Assembly: GCF_001194135.2 (NCBI RefSeq)
Contig: NC_068999.1
Coordinates: 19,567,246-19,600,040, forward strand
Source: Octopus bimaculoides
Lineage: Eukaryota
Reading direction: 5' to 3'
Length of the DNA: 32,795 nt
The notes under the pieces are model-generated. The model was not told where the DNA came from and made no database searches. It saw nothing but the letters and a program-made list of their open reading frames with translations. The translations under genes and the position numbers were made by a program. Position 1 is the first letter of the stretch. The number at the start of each line of letters is the position of its first letter. This document shows positions 1-9,989 of this stretch, one piece after another.

Positions 1-145
1 ATATAATTGCAGCGTGGAAGGTGTTTATAAGCCATATAAGAAACACACAAAAACCGTTAGATTAACTTCAACATTTAAATTTGCCAAAATATTTTCGTCG
101 CTTTGAGACGGCGACCTATTCCCTGAAAACACTCCGTGCTGCATC
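1..145 (-). mobile_element. Family B short interspersed repeat (hammerhead-bearing), copy 1, truncated by window start
   Basis: Aligns by eye with 20458-20665 and 18150-18285 (attgcagcgtggaaggtgt..., gttagatt.acttcaacatttaaattt, aaaatattttcgtcgctttgagac.gcgacct.ttc.ctga). Ends against a (TA)n/(GA)n microsatellite. Confidence 0.85.
81..129 (-). ncRNA. Degenerate minimal type I hammerhead ribozyme (family B)
   Basis: Minus strand reads TTTTCA-GGGAATA-G-GTCGC-CGTCTCAAA-GCGAC-GAAAATATTT-TGGCAA. Stem II and GAAA are intact; the core is mutated (GGGAAUA) and stem I is partly mismatched, so probably inactive. Confidence 0.55.
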
Positions 146-1063
146 TATATATATACAGAAATCGCGCGTGAGTGAGAGAGAGAGAGAGAATGTGTTCAAA
201 TCTTGTACTACCTTCAAATGCTATAACATCTACTCTTGTATCTTGAAGATTCTTGCTTTTTTTGTGTTTGCGCACAAGAATACTGATTTTCCCTGTACAA
301 TTAAAATTAGAAAAACGAAAACATATGCCTGCTATTTACATAATACAACGAATCAATTTCGTTCATCAGTATCTGACCAGAACTTCTAATTTGCTTTCAT
401 TTGCCGGCTTTGATATATAGTATACTGTCCGACATTAATTTCATATTGTATAGAGTTTGTACGTATTTGATGATATTGTTCTCGTCTATGTTTTCAGGCA
501 CGATAAAAACATGAATAGTGCACATTATATTCTACGGAATATTTACTCTCAATGTAGTAAGGAATTAAACTTTCATTAGATTCATCCATTTTTTAAACGC
601 TTGTGATAAATTCGTTTCAGTTAAATACAGTGCAAGCGTATGCTGCGAAGTGAGAATAAAGATTAACGTACCGGCAATCAATAACGCTTTAATCCGGCGA
701 AAATTTACTTGCTTCTAGTGTGAAAATTCTCATGTGATAATCCTTAACTGAATTCGCGGAGGTAAATGTCGGGTAAACCTAAGTATTTAGATCATACTTG
801 CCCTACAATAATTCGCAGTCATGTTTTAAAGTGAACGTCAAGTACCCGCTAAAATGATTAATCATTTGCATACGAAGAGTTATGTGAAAAATTCCTCACG
901 AACGTTGTAGGAAACTTGTTTACGTTAAGGATAAGCAGTTTCATTTTCACGTAGATCAGAGTAGGGAATATAATATTCTCGTTAATATAAGTAGTGTGAT
1001 AACAAATCATCTGTTTTCTCTTTTGATGAAAACCTATTATACAAAATCACTATAAGTCACAGA

Positions 1064-1092
1064 CAGATATAGATAGATAGACAGACAGATAT

Positions 1093-1171
<79 letters not shown>

Positions 1172-1180
1172 TAGATATGC
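1064..1180 (+). repeat. (GATA)n microsatellite
   Basis: Direct tandem GATA/GACA units. Confidence 0.95.
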
Positions 1181-1475
1181 AGGGCAGGGAATCATCAATT
1201 AGTAATAAAAATTAATAATTAGAATATTAGAATATTTAGCTGAAGATCAGAATAGAGTATTATGTACTCTTAACTGTGAAACAATTGTACTAAATTAACT
1301 AAAGGCAAGTGTTTTTTACTCTTCTCTATTGTTTTTTGTTCTGTGTGTATCAAAAATATCGCTATCAATCTGGAGTAATAATTTGTAGTTTTGAAATCAG
1401 TAGTTCTTTGACTGCTATTTCTGAATTCTCAGTATGTTGGAGAAGCAGGTTACTGTCAATCCCTATATATTTATG

Positions 1476-1477
1476 AT

Positions 1478-1509
<32 letters not shown>

Positions 1510-1510
1510 C

Positions 1511-1546
<36 letters not shown>

Positions 1547-1685
1547 GGAAATATAGATATATACAGAGAGAGAGAATAAAGACCATATGCATGTGCATAC
1601 ATATTCAGACACAAGCACACTGGCACACGCACTATCTCAGACAAACACACGCGCACACACGCACGCACACACCCACACACACACG

Positions 1686-1717
<32 letters not shown>

Positions 1718-1930
1718 CACACACACACAGTTGGTAATCTTGAATTCTAGATTGTTATAAATATTAATGCAATTGATACGTCTTAGATTTCCCATATCAT
1801 CGTACTTGTAATACATAAGTACGCTCAATATATGCATATACACACACACACATAATTTTATGTATTACATATATATATATATATATGCAGAGAGAGAGAG
1901 AGAAAGTGAGAGAGATATGTAGATAGATGA

Positions 1931-1963
<33 letters not shown>

Positions 1964-2080
1964 TAAATACATAGATAGACATTTAAATGTATGTGTGTGT
2001 ATAGATAGAGATATATAGACATATATTTATATATATATATATGAATATATATCTACTTCCATGTATACATACATATATAT
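1476..2080. repeat. Compound microsatellite cluster: (GATA)n, (CA)n, (TA)n, (GA)n
   Basis: Tandem units at about 1476-1560, 1640-1730 and 1866-2080, separated by short unique spacers. Confidence 0.9.
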
Positions 2081-2560
2081 GCATTTATATAGTATTCAAA
2101 CATCAATATTTTCATACACATATGCAGAAATATATTCATAGCTACACACTAACGTATGTTTTATTTACGTTTGACTTTTTTTGTTCTCAAAAACCCTGCA
2201 TGACATATTGCTAATTAGTTATATATTCAAAAGAATTTGCGTGATTTTCTAGACATAACTTATACGAAAATATCTGCATAGCATATGCTAAATGCCTGAG
2301 ACATGAATTGAAGCACAATGAAACGAACCCTATTCTTGGGGGTGACTAGCACTTAATGTCACGTGATGTGCAGTTTTATATATCAAATACATCAAATTCT
2401 TGCTAATTATCCATATTTACGAAGATATATCTTTGAATATGTTGCAGCACAATGGTTTATTTCTGCCTATTATTCGACATCATGCTTATAATATTTCATT
2501 CCGCAGTGTTTACTTACATGTCAGAGTTGACATGTACAAGAGCGGATTGAAAGTTTCAAA

Positions 2561-3438
2561 CGAGGACGAGTCATACTAGAGCTGTAAAAGCTTGCATGCA
2601 TTAATTTCAAACTCCTTATCAATATCTCCATTGTTTCCCAGTTAAACTGATGACTTCAAGGAAGACTTCAAAATTAACTGATAGCCACTTCTCTTGGAAA
2701 TCGAGAAAATTTGGCATCGTGCTTGTATCAAATGGTTGCCGAGAAAAAGGGTTAAGCCTTTCAAGGACATTGTTGCTACATTGAGAGGGAGCCTCCATCT
2801 TTATCAACAATGTAAACCTGGACGGCTGAAGTTAGAAAATGAACGCCGATCTTCAAGATGACGCAAGTCCTGGACGTAGTGCAACTGCCACCACCGAGGA
2901 TCATGTTCACCACATGATGATTGATGACAGATAACTAAAAATGAAATAGTCACGGCCATTGGCAAATCTCGTGGAGAAACAGACCCAGTTAGTTCCTAGC
3001 ACGTTTATTAAGCCAGGAGAGGTGCCGGACTCTTCGCTTTCAGCCAGAGAAGTCCTTTCATCTGTAATCAATCTGACGGCCTCAGTTAATTTGCGAGGCA
3101 AAAGGCATTCTATTTACTTACCATCTTGAAAAGTGCCATACCATCAATGGAGAGTGCTATGGCAATTTCCTGAGTCTATCAAAACAGATTCTTTGTTTCA
3201 ATGGCTGATGTGTGTAACTGTAGCACTATCTAGCAGTCATCTATAAAAAAAATGCACTTGGCTCTAAACCAGTTTTACTGTGATGATACGGTTACATGTG
3301 CTGTTGCTACCAGCTATAATTTAAGAATTTTTGAAGCAGTCAGATGTCAGTTTAAGTGAAAAGAGACAACGTAGTTATTAATAACACGAATTGAAATTAG
3401 TGCATGCAAGATTTCACAGCTCTAGCATCACTCCTTCG
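2561..3438 (+). mobile_element. Decayed, internally deleted mariner (Tc1/mariner) DNA transposon
   Basis: About 50-bp inverted repeats at 2560-2610 (ctagagctgtaaaagcttgcatgcattaatttcaa) and 3391-3439 (ttgaaattagtgcatgcaagatttcacagctctag), with TA at 3439-3440. Frameshifted transposase pieces on +: EKIWHRACIKWL, LQDDASPGRSATATTEDHVHHMMIDDR, AKGILFTYHLEKCHTINGECYGNFL, matching mariner HTH and DD34D-domain motifs (xxGIxxxDYLxKGxTINGxYY). Confidence 0.8.
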
Positions 3439-4094
3439 TAGTCAGCCTATCAAATTTTCAGTTCAAATTTCAGTTCTAAACATACGTATTTGAAGGAGTA
3501 ATGTTTGACTTCTACAAAAGCACACGATCTCATTCTGTTCTTGCTTTTTGGTTTAAATCATAGGTTTGGTGATAAATTGATAGTATATCTCATCTAAAAT
3601 CACCCTTGGATACAAACTGCCTCTTTTATAATGTCCTAAATTAAAAACTGCCCTTTAAAATTCGTGTTAATATGTTTTCCAAACACTCACATAATTATGA
3701 GAAATGGTTTTAGTAAATTCTTAATTATTTTCAAAACAACTTGAAACAATTAAAGACCGTTTCAGCAGAGAAAAAAATGGCATAATACCCTAGATAATTT
3801 ATAGTTTAATGATATCGTGTGATATTACATTTTACTTAATCCCTAATTCTGTAAGATGCCATACATATGCAACCTATTTTTAAAGTTATATATTCTTTCT
3901 TGATATTGCAAATCGTAAGGCAGATATATTTTTGTTTTATATTAGAATATTTCGGGCTTCCAATTTTAAATGTTGTGGTGCTTTTAACGAAAGCAGAATC
4001 TAAAATATTTCAGCCTCTACGATTCTTTTATCTATTATATTTAAAAACTTAAAAAAAGTAGCTTATATTTAAAACAGGATACTAGAATTATGTT

Positions 4095-4276
4095 CAGTAT
4101 TTACATCATTTACATTTGACAGATATTTGTCCTCATCTTGTTTGTTGTTACTACAACGTTTCGGCTGAGTACCCTCCAGCCCTCATCAGGTGTCTTGGGG
4201 AAATTTCGAACCTGGGTTCTCATTCCTAAGGTACATTTCCATGTTGTTGTTGATGTTCTTCTTCTTCTTCTTCTTC

Positions 4277-4322
<46 letters not shown>

Positions 4323-4432
4323 CATTATTATTATTATCATTATCATTATTATTTAAGTCACTGCATGGAACCGAACTCAGAATCTTGGGGTTAGTAGCCC
4401 GCGCTCTTAACCACCACGCCATATGCCCGTGA
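4095..4432 (-). mobile_element. Family A element: tRNA-derived head + (AAT/AAG)n linker + hammerhead-containing tail
   Basis: Minus strand 4432->4352 reads GGCATATGGCGTGGTGGTTAAGAGCGCGGGCTACTAACCCCAAGATTCTGAGTTCGGTTCC (A-box-like TGGCGTGGTGG, B-box-like GTTCGGTTCC). A trinucleotide run (4245-4350) follows, then a tail homologous to 4485-4657. Confidence 0.75.
4150..4194 (-). ncRNA. Minimal type I hammerhead ribozyme (family A, canonical core)
   Basis: Minus strand reads GACAC-CTGATGA-G-GGCTG-GAGGGTACT-CAGCC-GAAACGTT-GTAGT: canonical CUGAUGA and GAAA, perfect 5-bp stem II, palindromic loop-less stem III (ACGU), predicted GUU cleavage triplet. Stem I has a 1-nt bulge in this copy. This minimal form is characteristic of Penelope-like elements. 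Confidence 0.7.
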
Positions 4433-4436
4433 CATG

Positions 4437-4657
4437 TATAATAATTATAATAATAATAATAATAACAACAACAACAACAACAATATCGAAAAATACCTTA
4501 GGAAAGAGAATCCAGGTTCGAAATTTCCCGAAAACTCCTGATAATAGTTGGAGGGTATATCAGTTGAAACGTTGTGTTAACAACAAACAAGATGAGGACA
4601 AATATCCGTCCTATATAAATAAAGTACATAATACCTCATCTCTTAATTATAGAACTG
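4437..4657 (+). mobile_element. Family A inverted, head-less second copy ((AAT/AAC)n + hammerhead tail)
   Basis: ccttagga..gagaa.ccaggttcgaaatttccc...CTGAT.A...ggagggta..cag..GAAACgttgt...acaacaaacaagatgaggacaaatatc.gtc matches the reverse complement of 4110-4232. Confidence 0.85.
4533..4578 (+). ncRNA. Degenerate hammerhead ribozyme (family A, copy 2)
   Basis: CTGATAA (4538-4544, G8A), decayed stem II (agttg/cagtt), GAAACGTT (4566-4573), GTGTT. Likely inactive. Confidence 0.55.
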
Positions 4658-4799
4658 TAGAATTATGTTGAGCTATATGTATTTGCACGTAAACTGTTAT
4701 CTTCCGTATAAAAGTATTCGCCTTTTGCATTTTCCAATGTCTTTCCCATTTCATTTACATCAAAGTAAAGAATACATTTTTATACAACTCTGCGTTACA

Positions 4800-5197
4800 G
4801 GCTCAGCCGTGGCCCTGTGATGAGTAGATTTGTTTGTTACCACACAGTTTTGTGTTCAGCCCCATTGCGTAGTATTTTGGTCAAATACAGCCTCGAGTCG
4901 ACCAAAGCCTTGTGAGTGGATTATTAGACGGAAACTGAAAGAAGCCCGTCGTTTATATATGTGTGTGTGTTTGTGCATACGTGTGGGAATGCGTATGTGT
5001 GTGTCTGTGTGTGTGTTTACTTGCCTCTGTATTTGTTTCCCACAAACGCTTGACAACCGCTGTTGGTGCATTTACGTCGCTACACACTAATGGTCCACTG
5101 AAAGAGAGATAGAAAAATAATTTGGGGCGATCCGTTCGACTAAAATTTTTCCTAGAGTGTGCTCCAGCACGGCCGTAGTCTAATGACTGAAACAGGT
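4800..5197 (+). mobile_element. tRNA-derived SINE with central (TG)n microsatellite
   Basis: Decayed tRNA-like head, then gcctcgagtcgaccaaagccttgtgagtggatt...gacggaaactgaaagaagcccgtcg, TG repeat, and tail ...ctccagcacggccgtagtctaatgactgaaac. Homologous to 9640-9928 in the opposite orientation. Confidence 0.8.
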
Positions 5198-5887
5198 GCA
5201 GGGAAAAAAATGTATTAACGTTTGTAATTTTCTTTAGTCGACCATCTTTATATTAGAAATCATGCAATGCTTTTGGCTGTGATTGTTTTTCTGTTCACCT
5301 CTCACATCCTCGACAATCTTGGCTCAATTCAATGATCGTATTTCCTCATGTAAAGTACTAATGAAACGGAATTTCATGTTTAGATTTCTTAATGATGACT
5401 GGAATGGAAGAAGGTAAACGAAAATGCAATCAGGAAAAAACTGACCGATAATAATATTTATACCCTGAGATTCTCACCTATATTTTTAACTACATATGTA
5501 AGCACACACATACGCACACATGTACATGTATATGTGTATGTACCTATGTATGTATCATCTATACCAGTGTTGAGAGCTAACAAATTCGTGGAGCATCTGA
5601 AATTAATATAAAATATATAAAATTTCAGGGAAATAAAAAAAATATGTGACATGGATATCAAATGTAATTCAGATGCAGAACCGCTCGTGAGCAACTCTTA
5701 GGTATTAAAACAAACTAATTAATATAAAAGAAACACAAAAGAACATAGCAAAAGTATGGCTGAGAATCAGGGAGTCGATGAAGACTTAAAAGTGGTGCGC
5801 GCGAAGGGAATGCTGTCGATTAGATATAACATGCAATATCGTTCTTGGCTGTAAAACCTCAATTTTTGTACTTATTCGTATCTGAAA

Positions 5888-5889
<2 letters not shown>

Positions 5890-5947
<58 letters not shown>
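5890..5947 (+). repeat. (AG)n microsatellite
   Basis: Perfect AG run. Confidence 0.95.
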
Positions 5948-5951
<4 letters not shown>

Positions 5952-5974
5952 GGACGGGTGTTGGTCAGTAAGCA

Positions 5975-6200
5975 GCAGTCAGAAGTAACGGTTTCAAATT
6001 TTGGTACAAATCCAGTACATTAGCGAAAAGTGAAAAGATAATTATATTGACACCCGACTGTTCGATTGGTTTTTATAGTATCGTTCCTGTAAGGAATGAA
6101 AAGTAAAATTGACATCGGTGGAATACAAATTCAGAACGTAAAGGCGGACGAAATCAATTCGCCCGGCATACTAGCCCGATCTGCTAGCTCGTCACATTTC
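5975..6200 (-). mobile_element. Old tRNA-derived SINE (second SINE family), degenerate copy
   Basis: Similar to 6205-6432 (aaattttggtacaa.., gaatgaaaagtaaaattgacatcggtggaat..cagaacgtaaag.cggacgaaat). Confidence 0.6.
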
Positions 6201-6204
6201 TAGT

Positions 6205-6432
6205 TGTGAGAAATTACCCTTTCTACTCTAGGCACAAGGCCTGAAATTTTCAGGGAAGGGCCTATTCGGTTAGATCGGAGCCTGTGCTCAACTGGTACTT
6301 ACTTCATCGATCTCGAAAGGATGAATGGCAACATCAACCTCGCCGGTACTTCAGCTCAGAACGTTAATACAGACGAAATGTCGCTATACATTTTGCCCGC
6401 CATGCTAAAGATTTTGTCTCGTCGCCGCCTTT
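6205..6432 (-). mobile_element. tRNA-derived SINE (second SINE family)
   Basis: ctttctactctaggcacaaggcctgaaatttt...ctggtacttacttcatcgatctcgaaaggatgaatggc...ctcagaacgttaatacagacgaaat...cgccgcctt. The reverse complement begins with a tRNA-like head (AAGGCGGCGA...). Confidence 0.75.
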
Positions 6433-6851
6433 TAGCTGTCAGAGATAATGATTCAGAAAGATTGCTCTGTCGACAATTGGATATTTTCATATGTCTGTAG
6501 CACAGACCATCGGCTGCCATGTTCTACCTTGAATACGCTATTTTTACGTTCTCCATTTCTAACTTTATACCTCTGCTGATAAATATTTATACTGCATTTA
6601 AATAAAGTTAACAGTAAAGTACTTTAGCTTTTAAGTATCCCAGTAAAAATTAGCGATGAGCTACAAAGGTATTCTAATCTCTGAACAATCCACATGTTTG
6701 ATAAAATGATAGATGGTTGCAGTGAGTCAAGTGAATGAAGCTAGTTATTTTAATATAAAATAGGATAGTCTAATTACTAATTCATGATAAGCTACACAAA
6801 ACAATTAATTCTGCTAAGTTAACGTGATTCTTTTCCATGATATAAGGATTC

Positions 6852-6900
6852 TAACGCTCTTAGCACGCCGAGCGAACTGCTTAGCAGTGTCCCGTCTCTG
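6852..6900 (+). mobile_element. 5' head fragment of the second SINE family
   Basis: ttagcacgccgagcgaactgcttagcagtgtcccgtct resembles the reverse complement of about 6370-6410. Confidence 0.5.
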
Positions 6901-6929
6901 TGAAATTATTGTGTGAGTTTATGTTGAAG

Positions 6930-7530
6930 TGTTTATCGAATTCTTGTCATTGTTAGTGACTTGAATTGTTGTTTGAATTGTTACCAAACTTGTTAATAGG
7001 TTAATTGTTGTTTTGTTTCTTTTTACTTTCATTTTCCTTCCTGCTGCCCTCCTTCACAGTTTCTTTTCTCACCTCTTCCCTCTTCTTTGTCTGCTTCTCT
7101 GGCGGAGAACTCATTCCTCCGCTCCTCCTTCTTTTCTTTTTAACTATAGTGAATCCCTTCTCCATTTCTTTTTCTATCGCCTTGTCTTGTACTACTTGGT
7201 CCACACTCTCATGTCTCTCCTCTTGTTATGTTTGTGGCTTTCTTTGGGTGCACCATGCCTTCATGTTGCCCCTTTCTCCACATGAGAAACATACTGGCAG
7301 CCTACCTTCCACAATAACACTCAGCTTCACATCTTCTAGCAGCACAAGCTCATCCACCACACTATTCAATTCTCCGTTGTTGCCCCAATCGTTAATTCGA
7401 TACCATACCCCCAGTAGTTCACCTTCCGGGTGCTTGTGGCCTTCAGAATCTTCCCGTCTTTCATATTATACGTTATGGCTGTCATCAGCCATTCTTCTTT
7501 CAGTTGTGTCTAGAGTAGAAAAGACTTTAT
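6930..7530 (-). mobile_element. Non-LTR retrotransposon ORF1 (gag-like) remnant with CX2CX4HX4C-type zinc knuckle
   Basis: Minus strand reads ...ELVLLEDVKLSVIVEGRLPV-CFSCGERGNMKAWC (knuckle at 7250-7291, His->Asn), then basic GFTIVKKKRRRS. Homologous in layout to 19300-20060. A L1/Tx1-like assignment is tentative. Confidence 0.65.
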
Positions 7531-7539
7531 TCCTCTCTC

Positions 7540-7660
7540 TGTGTGCGTCCGAGTGTGTGCCTATGTATATGTGTGTTTGTGTGTATGTGTGTGTTTGTGT
7601 GTATGTGTGTGTGTCTGTATATGTCCGTGTGCGCAGTCGTGTGTGGTTGTGTTTATGTTT
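7540..7660 (+). repeat. (GT)n-rich microsatellite
   Basis: Tandem GT units with interruptions. Confidence 0.9.
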
Positions 7661-8118
7661 CAGAGTATGCGATATAGTATTTTATTTTGTTAAGCAACTT
7701 GATAGAAAACAACAAAATCTTTACTGGTTTGTTTTTACTGTATACCTGTAGCCGAGGGTCATTACGTGGTCTTTTTTAACAAGATTCCGTCTGTCTTTAT
7801 TTTTCTATCAGTCCTCTGTCCCCAATTACCATATCTCCTTTCCTCTTGCCACTTCAAATCTTATTTCGAAATAGTGCAAAACATGATAAGTTTCTTACAT
7901 TATGAACTCTTTCGATTTCCCTCAGAATCAAAAGAGTAATTGTCATTCTGACCTTTTACTATTATTTTCTGCTGTATTTTTGATGGTTTGCTATCATATA
8001 TTTATGCATATATTCATATACGTGTATATTTTTGCACACATATAGATACATATATACGCGCACACACAAATACACACACATGTATAAATACATATCTGTA
8101 TATGTGCGTGTGAGTATG

Positions 8119-8152
<34 letters not shown>

Positions 8153-8989
8153 CGCATATTTGTGCGGGAGGGTGTGTAAATGTATGCATGCTTGAACGTA
8201 TTCAAGAGGGAGTCTTTTATCCGTTCATTATCGGTCTTATATCATTCATATTATCCAATTTGCCGAAGAAATGTACAAGTTACCAAATCTACTAAAGTTA
8301 ATTGTCCAACCCAACAAAAAGCGCACATCTGCCATGGACTACTAGAGTATGCAGTTTTACGATAGCGTTTGGAAATCCACGTCGTGATACTTTGCCTTGT
8401 CCACACTATTCAATATATTTTCAATATACTGCAATCTACCTTTAGCACGTAAAACATAATGCATCTTAACGGAAAGATCTCAACATTTAATCTCGAATTA
8501 TATGCAATATCAAATGGTGAACGGTGTCAGAAGATCGGGTACGTCATAAGCAATTTTTCAACTTACATGAGAATCCAAAAATTTGGAGTATATTACTGCA
8601 GATAACAGTATGTATATATAATGACGGCGTATTATTTATTCACAATTATACGTGGTTCATTTGCTAATAGGAATCACAATGTTTTACCTGTTAGGTATGT
8701 TAAATTTTATATACGTTATATATGTAAATTCTTTAAATGTAAGGAACTTCCTATGAGGAAGTCTTCAGACGCATTTAGGAGTTAGGCTAACTACCATAAT
8801 ACTGTGTATATACGCACATGCACACACACGCACACACACACACACAGACACACACACACACACACAGACACACACACTCACACACACACACACACACATA
8901 GTAGAAATATGTCAATTCCTTGGTACAGTAAGGGAATTTTGAAAAAAGAAAAATGACTGCACTATTAGTTCTAATCAATTAAATTATCT

Positions 8990-9360
8990 AATAATATAAT
9001 TTTCGTATTTGCTTTTTAGATCTAGTAAATTCTTTGTTCACTTCGGCGATGAGAATTTTTAAAGAATTCTTGGTAACATTTCTGCAGACTTTTTTACATT
9101 CGTCGGTGGCGATTGTTAAACTGTTCTCAGGCTGTGTTCTGCTGTGTGATTTAGGTGTGTCTGGGGTGGGGTTCCGATTGGTTAGTAAGTGTGGGAATGA
9201 AGGAGCGTTCATGAACAAGAACTGAAAGAAAACAGTGAATGGTAATAATAAGCTATTGATTGAGGGTAGAGTTGGGAGAGGGTGTGTGTTTAAGGAGTGG
9301 TTTATGATGGGCTTGTAAAAGTGCTCTCCTGCTAGTTCCATTTCAATAGTTGACCTTAAT
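8990..9360 (-). mobile_element. Putative PLE 5'/pLTR-region segment (left arm of inverted pair)
   Basis: The reverse complement aligns along about 350 bp with 11160-11522 (caagccc.tcataaac, ttaccattcact.ttttctttcag, ccagacac.cc.aaatc, cacagcagaacaca, ccgaagt.aacaaag, gatctaaaa). Confidence 0.65.
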
Positions 9361-9374
9361 TATCATTTACGAGC

Positions 9375-9600
9375 GGATTCATTCTGAGGGATTGCTGGAG
9401 CAATGGGAAATATTGTTTGGCGGCTTTCACAATGTTGACGTTCCTTTGGATGTGAGTGATGACAAAAGAGATAACGGCTTTATTTTATTGGTTTGTTTTT
9501 CTTAGTGTTGTCGCTGGAATAGAGTAAGCCTTCAAGATGACCGTATTGATGAGGCCCACCGGACATTCTTGTCTTTTAAAGAATAATTTCAGAGATACCC
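9375..9600 (-). mobile_element. Penelope-like element RT C-terminal/linker remnant
   Basis: Single minus frame: SLKLFFKRQECPVGLINTVILKAYSIPATTLRKTNQ*NKAVISFVITHIQRNVNIVKAAKQYFPLLQQSLRM. This resembles the PLE post-RT pattern (F..R.YP..LI...I.KA..IP...LR......IPFV.TH). Confidence 0.6.
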
Positions 9601-9639
9601 GGCGTTGATTGGGATTAAACGCAGTAGTTATTTATTATT

Positions 9640-9928
9640 GTACTTCTTTCAGTCATTTGACCAAGGCCATTCTGGAACACCGCTTTTAGTCGAAGAAATT
9701 GACGCCAGAACTCATTCTTTGTAAGCCTAGTACTTATTCTATCGCTATCTTTTGCCGAACGGATACGTTACCTGGTAGTAAACACACGAAATCCGTTTTC
9801 AAGCGAAGGTGAGATACAAACACAGACGCGCACACAAATATACCTACATATATACACATTTATACGACGAACTGTTTTCCTCTAGCAAATCCAATCACAA
9901 GGCTTTGATCGACTCGTGGCTATAGTAT
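9640..9928 (-). mobile_element. tRNA-derived SINE (same family as 4800-5197), 5'-truncated, inserted within PLE remnant
   Basis: tttcagtcatttgacc..ggcc...ctggaacaccgc.tttagtcga...tcacaaggctttgatcgactcgtggctatagta is the reverse complement of the SINE body. Confidence 0.75.
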
Positions 9929-9989
9929 ATGTGTATAGATATACATACATTTCGAAGTTGGTTAAGTAATTGATTTCCCTACTTGAATC

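Noticed and set aside
345-372. CTGATGA-AC-GAAA on minus as a possible hammerhead
   Set aside because: No stem II can form between the core motifs and there is no convincing stem I.
2645-2672. CTGATGA followed by cttc/gaag hairpin
   Set aside because: No GAAA after the stem; it lies inside the mariner remnant.
4352-4432. Bona fide tRNA gene
   Set aside because: It has A/B-box-like motifs but no proper acceptor stem or cloverleaf, and it runs into a microsatellite; interpreted as a SINE head.
7005-7751. 248-aa plus-strand ORF
   Set aside because: It is the antisense of a purine-rich ORF1 remnant plus a (GT)n tract, with no domain signal.
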